From: a bacterium | Lineage (GTDB): Bacteria > SZUA-182 > DTGQ01 > JAFGSM01 | Assembly: GCA_049472315.1 (NCBI GenBank) | Contig: JBLIRN010000034.1 | Span: 1 to 18,183 of the forward strand | Length of the DNA stretch: 18,183 nucleotides | Direction: 5' to 3' | Shown here: piece after piece, positions 1 to 7,363 of the stretch | Numbering within the stretch: position 1 is the first letter of the stretch | Layout of the letters: each line of letters starts with the position of its first letter | The notes under the pieces: model-generated | Databases searched by the model: none | The model's input: the letters and a program-made list of their open reading frames with translations, nothing else | Told to the model about the DNA's origin: nothing | Translations under genes and position numbers: made by a program

Positions 1-1833
1 TCCATGCTGTTGATCGGCGAACCGGGATGTACGGCCCGGTTTTCCATCGGAAACAGGATAAGGGACGTGGGGATGAAGGAATCCTTTGAAGGGGGGAAAT
101 ATGAGGGCGGCTATGTGTTCCGGGATGGTGACGAGGGATACCAGATGGCCATTCTGGGGACGCTCACCGATGCATCGGGAAACATCTCAACCTTCGAGCC
201 CGAGTTGCGGGTATCGGTTGTCCGGGGTGAGGGTGATGAAGGGCCCGAGATATATGAAATGACGGAAAACAGCTTCCAGGCCGGGGGGAATGAGGGACTG
301 GTCGCCGGTGATGTCTTGAGGATTCGTGTCAGGGGCACCCCGGGGTGTACGGGCGTTTTTCACCTGGCTGCATATAGTGACGATGAGCGCAGGATTGTCG
401 TCGACTGGTCCGGATTCAGGGAATCCGAATATCCGGATTGTTCGGGTTACGCCGTATATAGAGGGACCCATCCCCCATCGGTGTCCGATGAGAACGAGCC
501 TTTGACCCGACTCGGCCTGGGGGAGAAGCAGTTCCTCCTTCCCGACGGGATCAGGCTCGATCCGGATGCCTTTGTATATGTCGCAGCAGTGGACCGTCAG
601 GACCACCCCCGTGTGATCGCTACGCCCAAATGGGACATCCCGCTGGTGCCTCGGCCGGATGAACCCGACATATATGAAGGGGAATATATCATACAACCCG
701 GAGACCGTCTGATTCAGGGGCATCTGTGTGCCTCTCTGACCAGTGCGACGGGAAGACACTCCATACCCTCCCAGTCTGCCTATGCCATTACCATTGATTC
801 AGGAAGCAGGATCGACATCAGGCCCCAACCGGCGGAGATCAATGCGGACAACACCTCCCGAAGCCGTGTGAGAATTATCCTGAGTGACGCCAGGGGCCGG
901 CCTGTTACGGGTAGGGAGATAGGGCTCTCCATGTTTACAACCTCCGAATATTCCGGATTGATCGGCCTTGGCACATTGAATTCGAACGAGGCAGGATCCT
1001 TGGTGGCCCCCCCCTCAGGGACCGGGAGGGGACGGGAGGAATATCCGTATACCACGGATGACTTCGGAGGCATGGAGGTCGATTACGAGGCGGGATTTGC
1101 GGCAAAGACCGTTATCTTCAGGGTGAGGGACCGGATCACCGGGGACACGGGATTGGGGTTCTGTACCTCATATATCGAGACACAGGCACAGGTTGAGCAG
1201 TATATTCCCGCGCTCAGGCTGAAGCAAGGGGTATATGCCATTTCCGTGACTGCTTCTCCCGACTGGCTGACAGCGGATGGTGTCAGCACATCCAGGATCA
1301 CCGCCCGGATAACCCGCCGGGATGGCGCGCCCGTGAAGGATCACCGGGTGGTTTTTGCGATTTCCATGGGTGACGGGCGTCTTGTGCGCCAGGAAGGGAT
1401 AACCGATGAAGGGGGAACTACAGAGGTGACCTACATTGCCGGAATCCGTATCGGCACCGTGGAGATCCGGGCGATTGATACGACGGCGCACATTGAAGGG
1501 AACACCTATATCATCCAGAAAAGCGATGCGCCCGCAGTCTGCCTCCTGACGGCGGAACCCGGCCGCATACCTGCCGATGGCACAAGCCGGTGCAAACTCC
1601 GAATCAAGGTGACGGATATACACGGAAATCCCTCCAGGGGTGCCGGCATCTCCCTGCGCGTGGAAAGGGGTGGAGGGAAGATTGTGGAGATCGATGATAT
1701 CACCGATTTCATGGGAGAGGCAACAGCGATCTACCAGTCAGGCAACGACCCGGGAGTAGCCCTGTTCACCCTGAAGGTGAGCTCGAAGATTCCCACCCGG
1801 GAGGAACTGGAGGAGATCAAATGGGCGCGATAG
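1..1833 (+). CDS. Ig-like repeat (Big_1/invasin-type) surface or secreted protein, 5'-partial
   Basis: Frame is open from base 1, so the true start is probably upstream. The C-terminal half has three Big_1-like repeats (PAEINADNTSRSRVRIILSDARGRPV; PDWLTADGVSTSRITARITRRDGAPV; PGRIPADGTSRCKLRIKVTDIHGNP), each followed by a TD..G....Y.(A/S)G motif. The N-terminal half has two GxPGCT..F...YEG.Y....GD repeats and an FN3-like segment. No CxxCH. Confidence 0.75.
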   Translation, partial: SMLLIGEPGCTARFSIGNRIRDVGMKESFEGGKYEGGYVFRDGDEGYQMAILGTLTDASGNISTFEPELRVSVVRGEGDEGPEIYEMTENSFQAGGNEGLVAGDVLRIRVRGTPGCTGVFHLAAYSDDERRIVVDWSGFRESEYPDCSGYAVYRGTHPPSVSDENEPLTRLGLGEKQFLLPDGIRLDPDAFVYVAAVDRQDHPRVIATPKWDIPLVPRPDEPDIYEGEYIIQPGDRLIQGHLCASLTSATGRHSIPSQSAYAITIDSGSRIDIRPQPAEINADNTSRSRVRIILSDARGRPVTGREIGLSMFTTSEYSGLIGLGTLNSNEAGSLVAPPSGTGRGREEYPYTTDDFGGMEVDYEAGFAAKTVIFRVRDRITGDTGLGFCTSYIETQAQVEQYIPALRLKQGVYAISVTASPDWLTADGVSTSRITARITRRDGAPVKDHRVVFAISMGDGRLVRQEGITDEGGTTEVTYIAGIRIGTVEIRAIDTTAHIEGNTYIIQKSDAPAVCLLTAEPGRIPADGTSRCKLRIKVTDIHGNPSRGAGISLRVERGGGKIVEIDDITDFMGEATAIYQSGNDPGVALFTLKVSSKIPTREELEEIKWAR

Positions 1834-1865
1834 AACCGCATGGACGCTGGGGATGATTTCCGGTC

Positions 1866-1872
1866 AAGGAGG
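1866..1872 (+). promoter_or_regulatory. Shine-Dalgarno AAGGAGG for the beta-barrel gene
   Basis: Perfect AAGGAGG at 1866-1872, followed 8 nt later by an in-frame ATA (1881). The ATG at 1905 has no SD. Confidence 0.6.
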
Positions 1873-1880
1873 GTGCATCG

Positions 1881-3518
1881 ATAAAACAGCATCCGGTTTT
1901 TTATATGATAGGCGCGGGCCTGTGCATGTTCATGACCCTTGTTTCATATACAACGGCTTATGCCCTCACAGGCTCAGTGGATTATCTCTGGGAGCAAAAA
2001 AGGAGAGAGGACAGGCGAACAAGCGAATTTACCCAGACCTATGACCTGATCCTTTCAAGAAGGCTGCAGCCGCTTTATGAGGCCAGTCTCAGATTCGAGT
2101 TCATGTCGCAGACGCGGGAGGGTATGGCGGACAGGAAACAGACCCAATGGCTTCCGTCCATGAACATGAGACTGGGGAACGAGATGATGAACCTGAACCT
2201 GGGCTGGAGTGAGGATACCATTACCGAGGAGCAGGACGTCGCCCTTGGCACGAAAGAGACGACCTATACCAATGAAAGGACCTATGCAGGGCTCAATTGG
2301 CGGCCGCGATTCCTGCCGCAGGTCCTCCTCCAGATCGAGGAGCAGCGGAGGGATCAACCGGGGAAAACAGAGCCGGTGGCAAGGAACTCGCGCATTTCCT
2401 TGAGGGAGGACTATGCCATACGGATAGGGCTTGTAACCCTGAGCCACACATTTAATCAGGAACGAGAGGACACAGGGTACGAGGTGGATACAACGTATGA
2501 TCTATTGAACACCGGAAGGATCAGGAATACATTCTCCCTGTTCAATAAACGGGTGAATATGGGAACGGGATACGAGCTGAGTCAGGGCAAGGAGAAAGAG
2601 GAAGACGGCATCCATAAGGATATGTGGAGACACAATGCCCATTTTACCATGTCGGCCAGTCCGGTGGAGTGGATGATGCCCGAGTACAGGGTCTTCTGGG
2701 GGGAGATCGACAGCGACTTTCCGGAGAAACCGGATACACGGGAAACCTCCATGACGCACGACCTGAGTATCTTTCTGAACCCGAATCCCTACCTGCCCTC
2801 AACCCTCGGCATGAATTATAGCAGGAACGAGCAGAGCGAGGTGCCGGGGCCGCGAGAGCTGACGACCTATTCAATGAAACTGGAGCCGTCCATAAAGGGG
2901 CTGATCGTTGATCCGAACTCCTCTCTATATCCGATCAACACATCCATCCTGATGAGCAGCTCCACTGATGCGAGCATGGGGATCCGGCAGACCCATACAC
3001 GATCGGTGCTTTTCACAGGTGCCGGAAGAATCCATCAGGGTATGGATCTTGACGTGGATTTGGGATATATCCAGAGGGAAAATTTCGTGTCAAACTCACG
3101 CAGGTATGAGGAGAGGATAGATGCACAACTGAACATGAATCTGCTGCCAAGTCTCAAGGCCGTACTAAAACAAAGGGCCGAATGGATCGAGGATAACGGC
3201 GGCAGTGCCTATGAGCATTATTTTACCGGGAGCGTGGACACCAGATGCATATATCGGCCTGTCCAGACCTTTTTTCTTGACGCCGGTTACACCGTCTATT
3301 ACGAAGGTGAAGGAACGAGTTACCAATGCACCCTGAGTTGGCGTCCGACATCCAAGATCGAAATCGACACGAGATACCAATCGGGTTCAAGGGACAGAAC
3401 GGAATATTTTTCAGGGGAGTTGAACATTACCGCCACCGATACGATTCGCTTCGATGTGAGATATCAATCCCCTTCCGAGGATCAGCTCATGAAGGCACAA
3501 TTTACGATCCGATTTTAA
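1881..3518 (+). CDS. Putative outer-membrane beta-barrel protein (start either ATA 1881 or ATG 1905)
   Basis: Sec signal peptide ending ...YTTAYA|L. Alternating hydrophobic/polar beta-strand pattern throughout, rich in aromatic residues. C-terminus KAQFTIRF ends in Phe, matching the BAM beta-signal. No heme motifs. Confidence 0.7.
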   Translation: MKQHPVFYMIGAGLCMFMTLVSYTTAYALTGSVDYLWEQKRREDRRTSEFTQTYDLILSRRLQPLYEASLRFEFMSQTREGMADRKQTQWLPSMNMRLGNEMMNLNLGWSEDTITEEQDVALGTKETTYTNERTYAGLNWRPRFLPQVLLQIEEQRRDQPGKTEPVARNSRISLREDYAIRIGLVTLSHTFNQEREDTGYEVDTTYDLLNTGRIRNTFSLFNKRVNMGTGYELSQGKEKEEDGIHKDMWRHNAHFTMSASPVEWMMPEYRVFWGEIDSDFPEKPDTRETSMTHDLSIFLNPNPYLPSTLGMNYSRNEQSEVPGPRELTTYSMKLEPSIKGLIVDPNSSLYPINTSILMSSSTDASMGIRQTHTRSVLFTGAGRIHQGMDLDVDLGYIQRENFVSNSRRYEERIDAQLNMNLLPSLKAVLKQRAEWIEDNGGSAYEHYFTGSVDTRCIYRPVQTFFLDAGYTVYYEGEGTSYQCTLSWRPTSKIEIDTRYQSGSRDRTEYFSGELNITATDTIRFDVRYQSPSEDQLMKAQFTIRF

Positions 3519-3710
3519 TGCCGGGAGAATGTTGGAACCATTTATAGTATAATTAATATTATAATAACTTTATGATACAATTTGCTGGCTCTTATGGCAT
3601 TTTGTGAAACAAAAAATTATTCCTATATTTATAATACTTGAACGCCTGTTCATTAGTGGGATATACAAACAGGTATCATCGATTGTCCAACATCATCGAA
3701 TGGTGGGAGC
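3519..3710 (+). promoter_or_regulatory. AT-rich intergenic promoter region upstream of the PelC/CsgG-like genes
   Basis: Abrupt AT-rich stretch at ~3541-3637. TATAAT at 3548, 3560 and 3630; TATGAT at 3571. Inverted repeats TATAAT-N4-ATTATA (3548-3563) and TGAAC-N4-GTTCA (3639-3652). No well-spaced -35 found. Confidence 0.55.
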
Positions 3711-4334
3711 ATGAATACAAGGTATGTGTCGACTGTCATCTCTGGGTTTCTCCTTATCTGTGCTGCAGGTTGTATGCAACCCATAAACAGGGTGTATGTC
3801 AATCCGAATGCCAATTTTCGTTTTGTGAAAAAGGTGGCGGTTCTCCCCTTTGAAAATCTCTCGCAAGACAGGTTTGCTGACAAGAAGGTATGGGACATCT
3901 TTGTGACCACCCTTCTGGCATCCGAGACGGTAGAGGTACCCGAACTTGGAGAGGTATTACGGGTGATGAACACCCTGGGTATTGCATCGGCGGCGTCCGA
4001 CCAGACCTCCTTTTCCCCACAAGACCAAAAGTCAACCGGGACCGTCACCAAGGATGCAGCCAGGGACCTCGGGCAGGCCCTCGGCATTCAAGGAATCATC
4101 CTGGGACGCGTGGAGGAGTACGGTATCATCCGCAGCAGTTCAGGTTCCTATCCCGAGGTGTCCTTGACCCTTCGGATGATCGATCCCAAGACCGGATCGA
4201 TTATTTGGGCGGTCAGCCATACGGAAAAGGGCAGTCGAGTGCTTCCCAGCATCCTGGGAATCGGCGAGGATACGCTTACCGAGACCGCCTTGAAGGCGTC
4301 AAGGCACATTGTAGATACACTGGTATACGAATAA
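3711..4334 (+). CDS. PelC/CsgG-fold (DUF799/GNA1162-like) lipoprotein 1; OscEFG-like
   Basis: Lipobox CAAG|C. Motifs KVAVLPFENLS, LGIQGIILGRVEEYG and PEVSLTLRMIDPKTGSIIW are typical of the CsgG/PelC/TolB-N alpha-beta fold. 207 aa. Confidence 0.75.
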   Translation: MNTRYVSTVISGFLLICAAGCMQPINRVYVNPNANFRFVKKVAVLPFENLSQDRFADKKVWDIFVTTLLASETVEVPELGEVLRVMNTLGIASAASDQTSFSPQDQKSTGTVTKDAARDLGQALGIQGIILGRVEEYGIIRSSSGSYPEVSLTLRMIDPKTGSIIWAVSHTEKGSRVLPSILGIGEDTLTETALKASRHIVDTLVYE

Positions 4335-4921
4335 TGGATCGAAGCATGGTTAATCTCTTACGGCAAGGATGTTACTCAAAGCTGCTGTGTCTGGGCCTTA
4401 TCGGATTGCTGACGGTTCTCCCCCTTTCCATTCAGGCGGAAAATCCCGAATCCAGACCTCGGGTGGCCATCCTTCCCTTTGAGAATCTGAGCGGACGCTT
4501 TCTGGCGATAGATGACCTGATGAACCCAGTGTATGAAGGTATGAAGACCCTGTTCACCCTCCCGAATTACGATGAGGTGGACGAGATCATCCTGCGGATG
4601 AGACTCAGGCATACCGGCTTTTTGACCTCCCGGGAGGCATCGGAGATCGGGAGGAGACTGGAGGTGGATGCGATTATCCTCGGTATGATCTGTGTCTATC
4701 AGGGATCTCCTGAGCCACAAATCGCCCTTATCATGAAAATGATCGGCACGGGTGAAGGGACCCCGCTCCTGTGGATGAAGCATGTAATGGTGTCCGGAAC
4801 CATGAACGAGAGTTGGTTTGGCAGGGACCGTATAACCGAATCAGCCGCGTTGATCGACAAATCCGTGAGATCCCTCGTTACGGAGATCCCTGTCAGTCTT
4901 GTGCACACGGAAGAGGAATGA
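4334..4921 (+). CDS. PelC/CsgG-fold periplasmic protein 2; OscEFG-like
   Basis: ATG 4334 overlaps the upstream TAA (TAATG); alternative start 4346. Signal peptide ends SIQA|EN. Motifs RVAILPFENLS and LEVDAIILG. About 195 aa. The ORF-track start at 3890 overlaps the previous gene and is not credible. Confidence 0.72.
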   Translation: MDRSMVNLLRQGCYSKLLCLGLIGLLTVLPLSIQAENPESRPRVAILPFENLSGRFLAIDDLMNPVYEGMKTLFTLPNYDEVDEIILRMRLRHTGFLTSREASEIGRRLEVDAIILGMICVYQGSPEPQIALIMKMIGTGEGTPLLWMKHVMVSGTMNESWFGRDRITESAALIDKSVRSLVTEIPVSLVHTEEE

Positions 4922-4924
4922 TCC

Positions 4925-5539
4925 ATGAAACAGAATAGGTGTCTGATGCTCCTGTGTGTGAGCATGCTGTGCACCGCCCTCCTTTGGGGCTGCCGGATCC
5001 GCGGCCCCAGGGATTATTGGTATGTGGATTCGAAATACCATACGGATATAAGGTCTGTGGCTGTTCTTCCATTGCATAACCTGAGCAACGAGGTGAATGC
5101 CGGCGTTATTATGACAAATCTGCTCATGGCGGAGCTGGTGCACCTTGGCAGGTTCCGGGTTGTAAAATATGGTGATCTGAGGGAGTTCCTTTTGCAACGG
5201 CACATGACATCGGTTTCAACGGTGGATAGTGACGTCCTGCATATCTTGAGAAAGGAATTCAGGATCGACGCAGTGATTACGGGTACGGTCTTCGAATATG
5301 GGGAGGGCCTCGAAGCATCCGGCAATGGAAGGGGCGAGGGAACGAATCTCCCCGCTATCTTCGTAAGTTGCAGCATTCTTGATACCAGAACAGGACGTAT
5401 CCTGGCACGGGGGGACTTTTACGAAAAGGGAGGGGCACAGGGATATCTCTTGAGTAAGAGAGAAAGGCAGGGTGCCTTTTCCCTTGCCCAGGGTCTGGCG
5501 CACAACCTGATACGTGTCTTGTTCACCGATGAAGCATGA
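4925..5539 (+). CDS. PelC/CsgG-fold lipoprotein 3; OscEFG-like
   Basis: Lipobox LLWG|C. Motifs SVAVLPLHNLS, IDAVITGTVFEYG and ILDTRTGRIL. C-terminal amphipathic helix AFSLAQGLAHNLIRVL. 204 aa. Confidence 0.75.
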   Translation: MKQNRCLMLLCVSMLCTALLWGCRIRGPRDYWYVDSKYHTDIRSVAVLPLHNLSNEVNAGVIMTNLLMAELVHLGRFRVVKYGDLREFLLQRHMTSVSTVDSDVLHILRKEFRIDAVITGTVFEYGEGLEASGNGRGEGTNLPAIFVSCSILDTRTGRILARGDFYEKGGAQGYLLSKRERQGAFSLAQGLAHNLIRVLFTDEA

Positions 5540-5703
5540 GGCGTATGCAACGGGCTGTGTTAGGCACAGTGATCATACCGTATCTTTTCGGCTACCTGTC
5601 TCACGCACATGAGTCGAATGTGGAGAGAACCAGGCGAATCATGCGGGCAGCGGATGAAGAGATTCCAAAAACACGGGAGATACTCGATGAATTCAAGCTA
5701 TAG
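5536..5703 (+). CDS. Candidate small (55 aa) exported or membrane-anchored protein, not in the ORF track
   Basis: ATGA overlap with the upstream stop codon. Translates as MRRMQRAVLGTVIIPYLFGYLSHAHESNVERTRRIMRAADEEIPKTREILDEFKL*. Fills the gap and ends 17 nt inside the next gene. Confidence 0.4.
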   Translation: MRRMQRAVLGTVIIPYLFGYLSHAHESNVERTRRIMRAADEEIPKTREILDEFKL

Positions 5704-7363
5704 AACACGTTTCACAAAGGTTGTAGTACTGTGGTGTATCCTTCTTGTGGCCGGATGTATACCCGAATTGATCGATGAAACCCCCTTGGCCATGGTGAAC
5801 AACACCCCTGTCACTTACGGGGAGTTTAAACGGGAGCTGGAGGCACTTCATCTGAAGTCGAAGGATGGGGGAGAAAAAAGTCCGATGGACCTCGAAGGCT
5901 TTATCGAGAAGCTGGTAAGGAGGCGTCTTTTCATACAGGAGGCGATCCGTGCGGGGCTCGATACGGACCCCCATATTGAAGCGTCGGTGAATGCGGAACT
6001 GAAAAGGCAGGCCATTATTCATCTGCACACCGAGGAGATCGATAACAAGGTATCGGTCAGCGATGAGGAGGCATGGGAGGAATACTCAGCCTCCTTAAAT
6101 ACACGCAAAGAAGAGATCGAAAAATTGGGCCAGGAATTTCCCCTGGATCCGAATCAACGGGACCAACAGGCCATACACTATGTATCATCCCTTCGGAAAA
6201 GGGCAACGATAGAGGTGGATCCCAATTACGTCTTTCAGGGTGAGGGGAAATGCGATCCCAATGTACCCGCTGCAACGGTCAACGGGACAACAATCCCATG
6301 CAGCTCCCTTTCCCAGGCCCTCACCGACTGTCAGGAGCACTGTGCCTGGGAGCATACCCTTCAATGGCTCATCGACAGAGAATTGCTGAATCAGGAGGGG
6401 GTGCGCTATACCCCCACACGGGACTCCTTTGAAAAGGCGAAGGGGAGAATAAAGAGGAGGCTCCTCAAGGAACGACAAAAGGAACGGGAGGAGATGTACC
6501 TTGAAGAACTCAGGAAGACCGCACGGATCACTATGGAATCCATCGATCCGAATGCCTTGGTGCCTGGGAACAGCGACCCCAATCGTCCGGTGGCGCATAT
6601 CGATGATGAGCCAATTTCCCTTGGCGAGCTGATTGCCTATATGGAGTCCAGGAATGAGGGAAGGAATTCACCCGAGGAAGGAAACGAGGGCATAGACAAT
6701 GGGATCCAGTACCTCATTGACTGCCGTCTCGTGGATCGGGAGGCACTCACAAGGGGGTATGAGGATCTTCCCGATGTCCAAAAGACAATCAGGATCCTGC
6801 GAGAAAACATCCTCTACAAAAAATTCTTCGAAAAGATCCTCATTCCTGCAATCAAGCTGACGGATGAGGAGATTGAGGCCTATTACAAGGAACACCCGGA
6901 TCTTTTCAGCACCCCGGTATATGTCAAGGTTGAGGAGATCCGCGTGGAGCAGGAAGAAGATGCCCAAAGGATCTGGGCGGAGCTTGAGGCTGGTGCCGAT
7001 TTCGATTTTTTGAGCAGAGATCCTCGTGTGCAAAGGATATCCGGCAGGCACTGGGCACCGGTCATCCATTACCCTCCTGCGATAAGGGAAAGGCTTATTC
7101 AGGCCGGGGAGGAGGAACGGTTCGGCCCTGTTTCATGGGAGAAGGGCCATAGCATCTTTCTTGTAAAAAGAAGGAGGGGCGGAAATCTCGTGCCGTTTGA
7201 AATGGCAAGGGAATCGGTGCAAAAAAGGCTATGGAATGAGCGATTCAACGAGGCAATCGATAGATGGGACGCCTCCCTCAGAACATCCTCGGAGATTGTC
7301 GTATATAGGGATCGGCTCCGGGCGATACAATCCGGCATAACAGGGGATACGGTGGCGGAATGA
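5687..7363 (+). CDS. SurA/PrsA-like lipoprotein chaperone with PpiC-type peptidyl-prolyl isomerase domain; OscH-like
   Basis: SD GGGAGA at 5675-5680 before ATG 5687. Lipobox LVAG|C. Three SurA-N-like segments (AMVNNTPVTYGEF..LVRRRLFIQEA; ATVNGTTIP..LIDRELLNQEG; AHIDDEPISLGEL..LIDCRLVDREA). C-terminal rotamase-like region (EIEAYYKEH..VKVEEI..GADFDFLS..GPV..GHSIF..PFEMARESV). About 558 aa. Confidence 0.8.
   Translation: MNSSYRTRFTKVVVLWCILLVAGCIPELIDETPLAMVNNTPVTYGEFKRELEALHLKSKDGGEKSPMDLEGFIEKLVRRRLFIQEAIRAGLDTDPHIEASVNAELKRQAIIHLHTEEIDNKVSVSDEEAWEEYSASLNTRKEEIEKLGQEFPLDPNQRDQQAIHYVSSLRKRATIEVDPNYVFQGEGKCDPNVPAATVNGTTIPCSSLSQALTDCQEHCAWEHTLQWLIDRELLNQEGVRYTPTRDSFEKAKGRIKRRLLKERQKEREEMYLEELRKTARITMESIDPNALVPGNSDPNRPVAHIDDEPISLGELIAYMESRNEGRNSPEEGNEGIDNGIQYLIDCRLVDREALTRGYEDLPDVQKTIRILRENILYKKFFEKILIPAIKLTDEEIEAYYKEHPDLFSTPVYVKVEEIRVEQEEDAQRIWAELEAGADFDFLSRDPRVQRISGRHWAPVIHYPPAIRERLIQAGEEERFGPVSWEKGHSIFLVKRRRGGNLVPFEMARESVQKRLWNERFNEAIDRWDASLRTSSEIVVYRDRLRAIQSGITGDTVAE

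Noticed and set aside
3532..3610. Possible sigma54 -24/-12 promoter (TGGAAC 3533, TGGCT 3586, TGGCAT 3595)
   Set aside because: None has GC at the required GG-N10-GC spacing. The regulator's target promoter is not identifiable in this window.
3602..3619. Rex-like box TTGTGAA
   Set aside because: Only the left half-site is present; there is no TTCACAA arm.
3890..4333. 148-aa N-terminal extension of the 3890-4921 ORF
   Set aside because: It overlaps the 3711-4334 gene in another frame and has shadow-like composition. The signal peptide begins at 4334.
5555..5569. CTGTG-N5-CACAG hairpin
   Set aside because: A 5-bp stem with no U-tract, expected by chance.
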